From positions 5,056 to 69,055 of the forward strand of contig CAVRWC010000012.1 of NCBI GenBank assembly GCA_963724785.1: a DNA stretch of 64,000 nucleotides, read 5' to 3'. How positions within the stretch are numbered: position 1 is the stretch's first letter; each line of letters opens with the position of its first letter. The notes beneath the pieces are model-generated. The model ran no database searches. It had not been told where the DNA came from and was given only the letters and a program-made list of their open reading frames with translations. This stretch comes from an uncultured Alphaproteobacteria bacterium (GTDB taxonomy: Bacteria; Pseudomonadota; Alphaproteobacteria; Rhizobiales; Beijerinckiaceae). The translations under genes and the position numbers were made by a program. Below are positions 1 through 9,577 of the stretch, piece after piece.

Positions 1-269
1 CTCATACTCAACGTCCTCCTCACCGAATTGCAGCTCGTCCGAGGTCTGCGCCGGATAGCAGTGGCAATGAATCCGCCGCTTCAGAGGTGCGAACATGGCC
101 GCCAAAGCTCGTTCGCTGATGAGTAGAATCCGAGGCTGCCTCTTCACGAGTGTTGTGGCTAGCTTAGCTCCCCGTGCAGCGCTCAGCCGTCCTCTTCGTG
201 ACGATGCCCAGCCACGTTTGAGCCAGCCGTGCCGCCAGCAGAGACCAATCAGGGGAAGGATCTCCGATC

Positions 270-1103
270 GTGTTCTCCATTGAAGCCTTGATCGTCGTCT
301 TCGTTTTTTTCGCCGTCCTCGTCTGCGTGGCCGCGTCGGTGCGCATCCTGCGCGAATACGAGCGCGCCGTCGTATTCACCCTCGGCCGCTTTGAGAAGGT
401 CAAGGGCCCGGGGCTCGTTCTGCTGATGCCCTTCGTTCAGGAGATGGTGCGGGTGGACCTGCGCATTCAGGTCATCGAAATCCCGAGCCAGGACGTCATC
501 TCCCATGACAATGTTTCAATGAAGGTCGATGCAGTGCTCTATTTCAATGTCGTCAATCCGGAGCGGGCCATTATCCAGGTCCAGAGCTATCTGCCCGCGA
601 CGAACATGCTGGCCCAGACGACGTTGCGCGCCGTGCTCGGCCAGCACGAACTCGATGAAATGCTTTCCGAGCGCAAGAAGCTCAGCGCCGACGTGCAGAG
701 CATTCTCGACGCGCAAACAGAGACTTGGGGCATCAAGGTCAGCAACGTCGAAATCAGGACCGTCGAACTCACCGAGAATATGGTCCGGGCGATCGCAAAG
801 CAGGCAGAGGCGGAACGCGATCGGCGGGCGAAAGTAATCCACGCCGAAGCCGAGTTCCAGGCGTCACAGACGCTCGTCAACGCCGCCAAGATCCTCGGCA
901 GCATTCCAGCGGCGATGCAGCTTCGTTACCTCCAGACGTTGACCGAAATCGGCGCAGAGCAGAATTCGACGGTCGTCTTCCCGATGCCGATCGACATCAT
1001 GAAGCCCTTCCTCGAGATCATCGAGAAAGCCGATCGGTCGATGCCGCGCCCCAATGGGTCAGACAAAGCCGCAATGCCATTGGAAAGTCCAGTGGAACAT
1101 TGA
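270..1103 (+). CDS. SPFH/band-7 (slipin/stomatin-like) membrane protein
   Basis: N-terminal TM helix followed by REYERAVVFTLGRF..VDLR..QDVISHDNV..AQTTLRAVLG..AEAERDRRAK..QLRYLQTL, the typical stomatin/slipin pattern. Confidence 0.93.
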   Translation: MFSIEALIVVFVFFAVLVCVAASVRILREYERAVVFTLGRFEKVKGPGLVLLMPFVQEMVRVDLRIQVIEIPSQDVISHDNVSMKVDAVLYFNVVNPERAIIQVQSYLPATNMLAQTTLRAVLGQHELDEMLSERKKLSADVQSILDAQTETWGIKVSNVEIRTVELTENMVRAIAKQAEAERDRRAKVIHAEAEFQASQTLVNAAKILGSIPAAMQLRYLQTLTEIGAEQNSTVVFPMPIDIMKPFLEIIEKADRSMPRPNGSDKAAMPLESPVEH

Positions 1104-1259
1104 GCACCGCTTTTGCCGTGCCGCCTGTCGCGCCGGCGTCATTCTCTGCGACGAGTCGATCCGAAGGCGCAGTCGGACGGGACCCCCTTCGTCAAGGTTT
1201 CATTGCCGACTTAGGCATCATTCCCGGGTCGCCGAGGCAACGGTCGGCGTCTTGCGACG

Positions 1260-1554
1260 CGTCGTTGCCCCGGAGCTCCCCTGAATTGCGTTTCTTTCCG
1301 GTGGACAGAGCGGCGTGCTCGCCTCGGAACGGCTCAATGCGATGAATTCGAAGTTCAAGTCGCCCAGCGCCGCGGCGCCGTGGACTTTGACCTTTTCGTT
1401 CGCGCGCGCGATCCAGCAGCCGGCCCTGGAGATATGGGCGGGCAAGGACGCCAACCGAACCGCGGCGCAGCAAGCCCTGATCCATCGCGCCAAGTGCAAC
1501 CGCGCGGTGCGCAAAGGCCAGTATTCCTCGTCGATGGAATCGAACCGAAGCTGA
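1260..1554 (+). pseudogene. C-terminal remnant of class I fructose-bisphosphate aldolase
   Basis: ..FLSGGQS..ASERLNAMN..PWTLTFSFARAIQQPAL..W.G..AQQALIHRAKCN..GQY; N-terminal three quarters absent. Confidence 0.75.
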
Positions 1555-1626
1555 AGCCGTGAGGGCCGATGATCGACGCTCGGATAGCGCCTATGCGGCT
1601 CTTCTTTTTCGACACGAGGAGAAGCC

Positions 1627-2200
1627 TTGCTGCTGTCGGGCCGGCACACTGGCGGCACTGACCTTCCGCTGACCACACATGGCGACGAACAGGCGCGGCT
1701 GCTTCTGGGTCGCCGCCGCGTCGTTTTCACGTGTGCTGACGAGCCCCGGCTTCGCGCCCGCAACCAGCGAGCTTTCTGGCGCAAGCAGCCGACCCGACGT
1801 CGAACCTGATCTCGCGGAATGGGAATACGGCGACTATGAGGGGCTCCGTCCGGCCGACATTTGCAACAGGCGGCCTGGTTGGAACCTCTTTCGCGACGGC
1901 TGTTCGAACGGAGAATCCCTGCGCAAGTCAGGAAGCGCGCGGATCGGTTGATTGCTCATGTCCGGATCATGGAGGGCCACGTCGCGCCGTTTTCGTATGG
2001 CCAGTTCGGCGCGGCGCTCGCGCCCAGGTGGATCGGTCTCGAGGGGGTCGAAGGTCGGCGTATTACGATCGGGCCGGCGTCGTTGAGTTTCTTAGCTACG
2101 ATATCGATCACAACACAGTTCCCGTCGTTGCGCTTTGGAACGCCGCTCCCGGATGCAGCGCACGGGTTTCAGCCGATGATTTCGGGGCTGCGGGCTTCTG
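1627..2200 (+). pseudogene. Degraded histidine phosphatase (phosphoglycerate mutase-like) gene
   Basis: Fragments in several frames: SGRHTGGTDLPLT.HG, FSRVLTSP, DLAEWEYGDYEG..RPGWNLFRDG..GES; the N-terminal RHG motif is missing. Confidence 0.7.
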
Positions 2201-2859
2201 AGGGCCGCCCTCAATTGAGTAGATTCCGATCCTTGCCTGCGGCAATCCATGTCGGCTCTATCGACTTAGCGATGGCGCAGGAGGCGTTCATGATGTGGAC
2301 TCGCATCGAAGCGAGTTGGAAGGACATATTCGCCTTCTGGCCGTTCCGGTTGTCCGATGATGACAGCGAGGGTTTTGGTCTGATCGGAGCCGAAATATCG
2401 AGGGTCAGCCAAAGCGATGAATCCCAGCCGGCGGCCTTTCACCCCGACGATCGGGGAAGTCGGAGTGAGTTTTCACTTCACATTGGGTACTGACTTGATT
2501 GGACCCCGAGTGGCGTATGTTCGGGGTCCGTGACGGGCGGATGGCCGCCAATAGGATTTCCGGTAGCGGGGTAGCGGCGGCGCGAAGACGGATTCGAGGA
2601 GCGCCAGAAGCGGACTCAAGACACGCCCCGTTCGCGCAGCGTCGCCGCCGCGAAAGGCAAGCGCCGAAACCGCCGCAAGTCTGGATCGGGCCTGAGTAAT
2701 TTCCGACCCTTTCTTGTTTGGCTGCGAAAGCGCCGGATGTCGCATGGCGATGTTTTCAGCAGCCGCATGTCGCGGCAAATTTAGCGCTGATCGGAAACGA
2801 TAGCCGAACGGGCTGTCGTTCTCGATGTGCGCGCAGAATTGCCAGGACCTGGAGAAATC

Positions 2860-2919
2860 ATGTCAACGGATAGCGATCTCAAAAAGGCTGTTCTGGATGA
2901 GTTGAGTTGGGAGCCCTCC
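2860..2919 (+). pseudogene. 5' stub of a BON-domain (OsmY-like) gene
   Basis: GGAGA RBS then MSTDSDLKKAVLDELSWEPS, after which similarity stops. Confidence 0.45.
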
Positions 2920-3162
2920 CGCCGTACCAGAGCGAACGCGAACGGTAGCAAAGGACCCCATTTGTCGCGTTCGCCAAACCGTCCGGCGGCGCCCGCTTCT
3001 TGCGCAAAGAGGTCGTACGATGTTTGTGTCCGAACGGAGCCTAAGCTTGGCAGCGCGCGATGTCGTCATCCTTCGATGCCGCGTCCAAGCGCCTCCGCTG
3101 CGAGGCCTGCGAGTGGCGCCTGGCCTTGTAAGAGGTTGAGATAATGCGATAAATCGTCCATT

Positions 3163-3190
3163 TGGTTCCATAATCCATATTATGCGAATG
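3163..3190 (-). other. dif/xrs-like XerCD recombination site
   Basis: Minus strand CATTCGCATAA-TATGGA-TTATGGAACCA: 11-6-11 architecture with CATAA/TTATG inner repeats, resembling rhizobial dif sites. Confidence 0.8.
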
Positions 3191-3195
3191 ACGTT

Positions 3196-4997
3196 TGTAG
3201 CGGCAAAGTTAAAATGTCCCAGTCTGGCAAATTAGGAATGTCACACTGCCCTGATCGGAGACGCTTGGGGTTGGGGCATGGGCTGGGTGGAGATGAGCGA
3301 GAGAGAGCTGCGCCGCGCCGAGGTGCTGGCGTCGGTTTTCGCGGGTCGGCTGACGATGACGGCGGCCGCTGGGATCATGGGCGTGACGCGACGCCAGGCG
3401 CACCGGTTGGCGCGCGTGTTTGAAGCCGAAGGCGCTGCGGGCCTTCGCCACCGCGCTCGCGGCCAACCCTCCAATCGGTTGCTGGGACCGCATGTGCGGG
3501 AAATTGCGCTGGCCTATGTCGCCGAACGCTACCGGGACTTTGGACCGACGTTTGCGAGCGAGATGCTCATGGAGCGTCATGGTCTCAGCGTTTCGCGGGA
3601 GACGCTGCGTCAGTGGATGATCGAGGGCGGGCTTTGGTTGTCGCGCAAACAGCGGCGTCACTTTCATCAGCCGCGCCTGCGGCGCGAACATTTTGGCGAA
3701 TTGGTTCAAATCGACGGCAGCGAGCACGGCTGGTTCGAGGATCGGGGTCCCCGCTGCACGTTGATCGTGTTCATCGACGACGCAACCGGTCGTCTGGTGG
3801 CGCTTCGCTTCGTGGGCTCGGAAAGCGCGTTCGCCTATTTCGAGACGCTGAAGGGCTATTTGACGGCCTTCGGCCGCCCGGTCGCCTTCTATTCCGACAA
3901 GCACTCGATCTTCCGCGTGTCGAAGGCTGAGGCGAAGGGCGGTCAGGGCGTCACCCAGTTCGGTCGCGCCGTGAGCGAACTGGGGATCGAGATTTTGTGC
4001 GCGAATTCGAGCCAGGCGAAAGGACGGGTCGAGCGCGTGAACCGGACCCTGCAGGACCGTCTGGTGAAAGAGCTGAGGCTCGAGAAGATCGCGACGCTCG
4101 ACGCGGCGAACGCCTATCTTCCGGCCTTCGTGGCGCGCTTCAATGAGCGCTTCGCCACGGCTCCCGCGCGGCCGGCAAATCTGCATCGTTCGCTGGAGCA
4201 TGCGCCGGCCGACCTCGACGCGATTTTGGCTTGGCGGGAGCAGCGTTACGTCACCAAGCAACTGGCGCTGTCCTATGACAGCAAGCGGATCATTCTGGAC
4301 GCGACGCCGATCACGATTGGCTTGCCCGGCAAGTACGTCGAGACCTACGAGTTCCCTGACGGGCGGCTCGAGGTGCGTTGGAAAGGGGTCGCCCTGCCTT
4401 ATCGCGCATTCGACAAGAAGCAGCGCGTGACGCATGCGGCGATCGTCGAGAACAAGCGGCTTTCGGAGGTCCTTGCCTGGGTGAAGGCCCGCCAGGACGA
4501 GATGAGGCCCGCGCGCGTCAAGACGTCGAGCGAAGCGGCCGGCTATGCGCCACGGCCGAGGACGCGGAGCGGGCGGATCTCCTTCATCGACCGGCACATC
4601 GCGGCAAAGAAAAGCGCCCGACCCGCGGCTGCCGCGAGATGCGAGGTCTCTGCAGCCCCGCCAGACGCTCCGTAAAGGCCCGTGACGTTTCGATGGGTTC
4701 CCGCGGTCGTGTTGGCCGGCACGCCCCGAAACGGAATCGCGATCTGGAGACGCGGCTCGCCCCCGGGGGCCCACAGGGACCTCCCGCGCGCCGCTGCGCC
4801 TGACTTTTGCGGTCGCTCCGGGCGCGCGGGTCCCTCCTGTGGACTCCGGGGACGACCCGCTCCCGTCGGCGGAGACACCAAGCCGCTCCATACCATCGTC
4901 GCGCGAGGCAAAATGAGCGAGCGGTTTTCCGTATCGCCGGACCCCTGTGACATTTCTAAATTGCAGACGCCTGAGACATTTCAATCTTGTTGCAACA
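3196..4997 (+). mobile_element. ISNCY / IS1202-family insertion sequence
   Basis: TGT..ACA ends and ~50-bp imperfect IRs with internally repeated AATGTC units (left TGTAGCGGCAAAGTTAAAATGTCCC..AATGTCACA; right TGTGACATTT..GAGACATTTCAATCTTGTTGCAACA); no target duplication visible. Confidence 0.88.
3278..4675 (+). CDS. ISNCY/IS1202-type DDE transposase
   Basis: N-terminal HTH, FGELVQIDGSEHGWFEDR, FIDDAT, YSDKHSIF, SSQAKGRVER.NRTLQDRL. Confidence 0.92.
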   Translation: MGWVEMSERELRRAEVLASVFAGRLTMTAAAGIMGVTRRQAHRLARVFEAEGAAGLRHRARGQPSNRLLGPHVREIALAYVAERYRDFGPTFASEMLMERHGLSVSRETLRQWMIEGGLWLSRKQRRHFHQPRLRREHFGELVQIDGSEHGWFEDRGPRCTLIVFIDDATGRLVALRFVGSESAFAYFETLKGYLTAFGRPVAFYSDKHSIFRVSKAEAKGGQGVTQFGRAVSELGIEILCANSSQAKGRVERVNRTLQDRLVKELRLEKIATLDAANAYLPAFVARFNERFATAPARPANLHRSLEHAPADLDAILAWREQRYVTKQLALSYDSKRIILDATPITIGLPGKYVETYEFPDGRLEVRWKGVALPYRAFDKKQRVTHAAIVENKRLSEVLAWVKARQDEMRPARVKTSSEAAGYAPRPRTRSGRISFIDRHIAAKKSARPAAAARCEVSAAPPDAP

Positions 4998-5939
4998 GTC
5001 TAAGCGTCGGAAAACACTACGAAATTGGCGCTATAGGGATGGCGACGCAGGAGTTGCCACGGGTCCGAGGCCGGGCGAGCCGGCGTCTGGACTTCAGGAG
5101 CACGAAAGCGCCGGCGACAGCGCCCAAAGGAGCGGCGGTCGCGTCGAGCTTGTTCATTGCTTCGCTCCGCTCGTTTCGGATCGGGCGCGCAGGAGGTCGT
5201 TCCAGTCGCCCCCCTCGATGGGAGGGCGAAGCCGCGCGAAGGAGATCCTGAACTTTTCGCCAAGCGATCGGTGGCGGTCTGCGAAGCGGTCGCCCGGTCC
5301 ATTGGCGTCCGCAGCGCTGCAGAGAAGCGCGTCGGGGCGCGTTGCGATACTCGCAAGCAGCGCCTCGAGCGCGGCGATCGTTCCCGGGCCCATGCCTCCG
5401 CCCGTCGCGGCATAGAGCGTGTCCCTGCGGAGGCTCTCGATGGCCGCGACGCTCAGCGCGTCGATCGCGGCTTCGGCGAGAACCAGCCTCGGAAGAGGCG
5501 GACCCTTCGGCGGCAGGCGGAAGAGCGATTTGGCTCCGCCTGTCAGCGAACCTTTGTAAGTCGGTCCGCGCACATCGACATGGGCGACAACGCCGCGACC
5601 ATCGAGATGGGAGAACCAGGCGCTGCCGCCGGGCCCCTCCCGCAGAACGCCGGCCGCCGAGGCAGCCTCGATGACCGCGAAGGGGAGCCAGCGCTTTCGC
5701 GCGAGATACCGCCATGTCGGAGAATTAGGCCAAACAGCCTTTCGCTCGGCCCAACGCTCGGCGACGGGCCGGCCCGGGTTGTTTCTGCCCCCTGCCCTTA
5801 TATGCGGCGAGATTTGTCAAGGGGCCGTGATGCAGGCGAGCGCAATCGATGCGCGCTTTCGCGAGACATCAACGACCACATCTTCGGCGGGCTGGCGACG
5901 TTCCGACGCCTCGTCGTCCGCGGGATGGGGCCTCGCTTG

Positions 5940-6140
5940 GATCGAGGGCTTCGCCCTCGTAACCTTATATCCGGTCGGCCTCGCTTGGCCGGACCACAAT
6001 CCTGATTGCAGGTTGCGAGGCCCGGGATGGACCGGACCAATCTGTCGTTCGGGCTCATCGCCCATGGGCAGGGGCGGTCACAGGTCCCATCCCGGACGAG
6101 GCGGATGAGCCCGAAGGCTCGCCCGCTTTTCCGCGATGGC
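5940..6140 (-). ncRNA. Putative bridge/seek RNA of the IS110/IS1111 element
   Basis: Stem-loops containing segments that match the reconstructed target (6066-6074, 6042-6047) and donor junction (5999-6003, 5964-5970); ends approximate. Confidence 0.7.
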
Positions 6141-6142
6141 TT

Positions 6143-7324
6143 TCAGGCGCGCTTCAGGACCGCGCCCTCGGGAACGAGGCCGGTCTCGAGATAGCGCCAG
6201 AGCGCGACCGCGAGTTTGCGCGCCATGGCGACGATGGCGATGCGCCGCACCCGGCCCTTCCGGTCGCCCACGCGCTCGTTGAACCACCTTGTGAGGGCGC
6301 TGTCGGGCTGATGCCTCCGCCACAGCCACGCCAGCTCGGTCATCGCCTTGCGCGCCCGACCGTTGCCGGCCTTGGCGATCCCCTGGTCGCGAGCCATGTC
6401 GCCGCTCTGGAATGGGGACGACGCGAGCCCGATGTATTGCCCGACGCCGCGCCGGTTGCGGAACTTACGATAGAAGACCTCGCCGCCGAGCACGGTGCTG
6501 AAGTGGACCCCGACGCCCCTGAGCCGGTAGAGCTGCACGATCTTGTCTTGCACTTGGCTCGGGCGCCAGCTCGGAGATGATAATGCCGCGCCTTTCGCCC
6601 TCGCCTTTTTGGCCGGGACGACGACCGCCGTCATTTCCGCCTCGACCTCGGCGATGTCGCCGACGATCCTTTCGAGGCGGCGGCATTCGCGGATGAGCTC
6701 CGCCTTCAGCCTCGGCGGAATGGGCAGCCCCGCCAGGCGCTCCGGCCAGTCCCGCGCGTTCGGGTCGAAGGCGCGCACCCCTTGCGCGAACAGGAGCGCT
6801 TTCACCCGGTTGGTGTGCGACGTCCGCTCCTTGACCAGCCGCTCGTACTCGCGGTGCGGCCGCTTGGCGTCCTCCTCCGCCGGGCTCGGAACCTCGACCA
6901 CCCGGCAGGCGTCGAGTTCGCCCCTGACGAGACGCGCAAGCGTGCGCACGAGCTTGTCGACATCCACCCCGTCCGACTTGACGCGGCGGGCGCGCCGGTC
7001 GACCGCCACGCTCGCCGCGTCAATCTCGTAGACGTCGTAACCTTCCGCCTTCAGCGCGCGATAAAGCCAGTGGCCGTCACGGCCGGCCTCGAAGCAGACA
7101 TGAACCCGGACGGGAAGCCCGGCGCGCTTCTCCTCGCTCACGGCGACCCGCCGCAACAGCGCCAGAAGCCCATCGAGGTCGCCCCCCTCGACCTCATGTC
7201 GTCCGACCGCCCACTTCTCCGGCGTGCCGACTCCCACCAGCCATTTCGATCGGCTCAGTTCCAATGCGACGAAAATTCTCGCAAACTCATTCCCGGCGAC
7301 GGGCGCAACGTGCTGAATAAGCAT
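6143..7324 (-). CDS. IS110-family RuvC-like recombinase/transposase
   Basis: ALELS..CFEAG..VKSDGVD (RuvC-like acidic residues), C-terminal Tnp domain LRGVG..F.NRR..Y.GL..P.QSG..I.KAGN..AIVA.ARKL. Confidence 0.93.
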   Translation of the reverse strand: MLIQHVAPVAGNEFARIFVALELSRSKWLVGVGTPEKWAVGRHEVEGGDLDGLLALLRRVAVSEEKRAGLPVRVHVCFEAGRDGHWLYRALKAEGYDVYEIDAASVAVDRRARRVKSDGVDVDKLVRTLARLVRGELDACRVVEVPSPAEEDAKRPHREYERLVKERTSHTNRVKALLFAQGVRAFDPNARDWPERLAGLPIPPRLKAELIRECRRLERIVGDIAEVEAEMTAVVVPAKKARAKGAALSSPSWRPSQVQDKIVQLYRLRGVGVHFSTVLGGEVFYRKFRNRRGVGQYIGLASSPFQSGDMARDQGIAKAGNGRARKAMTELAWLWRRHQPDSALTRWFNERVGDRKGRVRRIAIVAMARKLAVALWRYLETGLVPEGAVLKRA

Positions 7325-8225
7325 GATCGATCCTATCTTTGGGTTTGGACGCTTCGATCATAGGACCGATGCGTCCGTCGCCGCATAGGATCTGTCGACG
7401 GGTGGGAAGCGCGGCGATAATCCTGCGAATTCGCGCAAGCGCTTGCGGACGTGACCGAAGCTTAAGGTCGGCTCGAGCCTCTGCACCAGTCCGAAGACGT
7501 CGCCTTTGGCGTCGCTGGTCGGGTCCCACCACCCGCGTCCGGCATGGCTGACGATCAGGATTTCGCCTTTGCCTCGGCGGTACTTCAGGCTGAGTTTCGT
7601 GCTCTCCTTTCGATCCAGTCTCCACGGCGGCGGGGTTCGCTCCAGCACCACGGCGCAATGCACCTTGTGGCGCAGGTCCTCGATTTCAGGGTCGTATCCG
7701 GTCATGTCCGCTCCTCGCGTTCAAGCGCAGGGGCTGGGCTCAATGGCCTTGGGCTTGTCTTCGCCCCTGCCCTGCCCGCCGACCGCGAGACGGCCGCGCT
7801 GCAAGGGCGCGCGGAACGCGCGGGAGCCTGCGACGCACCCTTGGCGGCGCGGCCGGCGCTAGCGGTAGCCATCCCCTCTCCTTCGCTTCTCACGCGAAGG
7901 CTCAGCTCCGACGGCGCGAACAAGAAATTGGGCCCATGTCGAGGGGCTCGACGCCAAGCGCCCGGAACGGACCAGCGGTTATGACTTTCGTCGGCGCTCG
8001 GGCCGAAGCATTCGCGGCGCGGAGTGTAAGACAGTCATATGGTCACGGCCGGCGAAGAACGGTCCGACGCGGAAGTGACCCCTCTGTGACTTCACGGATT
8101 CGCCATGCTGCCGCGTTCCGAGGCCGCGCTGACCTGGAATCGATTCGAAGTCTGAATCGGATCGATGCAACCGATTCCGATCATTCGTTGGACGCGACGG
8201 TGTTCTTGCGTCTTAGGTCTGGTCC

Positions 8226-8489
8226 ATGGCCACGGACGCGGACAACCCGACCCTCCTTCAAGTTCTCGTGCTCGAACGGGTCGACCGCGCCAAGAACATG
8301 GCCCAATTCTACGTCCTCTCGATCGAACCAACGCTCTTCGAGGATCTGGCGCTTGTGCGCCGGTGGGGCCGCATAGGGAGCGCGGGGCGTGAGCGGGTCG
8401 ACCTGCACCCGTCCCGACCGATCGCGCAGATCGAACTCAAGAAATGGCTCGATCGCAAGAGGCGCCGCGGATACAAGCTCCGCGCGTGA
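8226..8489 (+). CDS. Stand-alone WGR-domain protein
   Basis: NMAQFYVLSIEPTLF..LVRRWGRIGS.G..KRRRGY. Confidence 0.88.
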   Translation: MATDADNPTLLQVLVLERVDRAKNMAQFYVLSIEPTLFEDLALVRRWGRIGSAGRERVDLHPSRPIAQIELKKWLDRKRRRGYKLRA

Positions 8490-8591
8490 GCGCAGGCCGG
8501 CTCATTCGCGAGTGCGGGAAGCCGCGCAAACGCGCGAAGCTACGACAGCGACAACCGCCAAGGGCTGGCGCCGTTCGTCGTCGGCTTGGCG

Positions 8592-8861
8592 TCACGCCGC
8601 CTTTGCTTGTGATGAGCCGGCGCTCTCCATGGCTCTGAGATACAGGTCGAGCAAGGACTCTTGTTCGTCGCGCTCGTCCTTGTCCTGTTTGCGCATGCGC
8701 AAAATCTCCCTGAGGACCTTCACATCGAAACCCTCTCCTTTGGCCTCTGCGAAGACCTCCTTCTTGCCCTCGTTCAACGCTTTGATTTCGTCGTCAATGT
8801 GCTCAACGCGCTCGATGAACGAGCGAATGCGATCACCCGGGATTCCTGCGGTCTCTGTCAT
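8592..8861 (-). CDS. gapR: GapR / DUF2312 nucleoid-associated protein
   Basis: IRSFIERVEHIDDEIKAL..KEVFAEAKGEGFDVKVLREILRMRK..E..LLDLY..AM. Confidence 0.9.
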   Translation of the reverse strand: MTETAGIPGDRIRSFIERVEHIDDEIKALNEGKKEVFAEAKGEGFDVKVLREILRMRKQDKDERDEQESLLDLYLRAMESAGSSQAKAA

Positions 8862-9297
8862 GCGGGCTCCTCATTTCAAGAGGTCATACGGTAGGGCGAC
8901 GAAAGTCACCGAGAAGTTAATGGAGCCGCCGAAGTTCCCGCTTACGCGAGCCCTCACGTTGTCGCTGGCGTTGGCGCGACGCCGACGCCCATTCGCGTTC
9001 CAATCGCGGATACGTGATTTCGGCTTGCGCTCATGGTGCAGGTCACGACAAAAGCACTATTCAGCAGAACCCGCGTGATCTAGCGTTTCTACGAGCCGGC
9101 ATCGACCGCAGGATTGGTCAGGATAGCTGCCTTCCAGCCTCGCCCGGGAACCGCAAAGGTCCGCCCGAAGCGGATGTAGGGATGGCGTTCGCGGACGAGG
9201 CACGGGCGAAGCCCTCTCCGACTGGCTGCAGCGGCGATGATATCGTCAACTTGAGCGATCGACGAGCCGAAGAGATCCGACTCTTCTGAGAGCGAGG

Positions 9298-9576
9298 TCA
9301 GGCAGGAGCGCCCGTCTTGGAGATCTCGCCAAGCTGCAAAGGCTTGGTCGCGCGAAGCGCGGCGGAAGTCCGCTGTGACGGAGTTTGGATAGGGGATGTG
9401 AAAGAGGTTGGCGACTGCCGGACTGATTTGAATCGTTTCATGGTCCGTTCGCGTCGGCCTGTCGGCTGGTGGGAGTTCTCCGCGCGATTGTTCATGCCCT
9501 TATGCTGGCGATGATCGAGGCGACGGCCCATCTTCGCCCTCGAAGCGCTGCACGACCGCAGCTTGTCCGTGATCAT
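9298..9576 (-). pseudogene. IS6-family transposase C-terminal fragment
   Basis: ITDKLRS..HRQHKGMNNRAENSHQPT.RRER.MKRFKS; cut at the IS481 left end. Confidence 0.8.
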
Positions 9577-9577
9577 G

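Larger units (their letters stand above)
5799..7393 (-). mobile_element. IS110-family (IS1111-type) element
   Basis: CT core at both junctions (5797-5798 and 7392-7393), 10-bp subterminal IRs TATGCGGCGA (5801-5810) / TCGCCGCATA (7378-7387), ~340-nt non-coding region 3' of the recombinase, outward-facing TTGACA on minus strand at 5815-5820. Confidence 0.88.
5154..7705 (-). pseudogene. DUF3991 + Toprim-domain protein (plasmid/ICE type) interrupted by IS110
   Basis: N-part 7705-7394 (..GRGWWDPTSDAKGDVFGLV..PVD) rejoins in frame with 5798-5154 (RAGGRNNP..AEAAIDALS..ATGGGMG..DAN.PGD..DWNDLL) once the IS is removed. Confidence 0.82.

Noticed and set aside
4676-4945. Guide-RNA-like role for the non-coding right end of the IS1202-type element
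   Set aside because: Only generic GC hairpins and no match to flanking DNA seen
7706-7990. Possible oriT or regulatory RNA upstream of the Toprim gene
   Set aside because: GC-rich inverted repeats are present, but I cannot recognise a nic consensus and no relaxase is nearby
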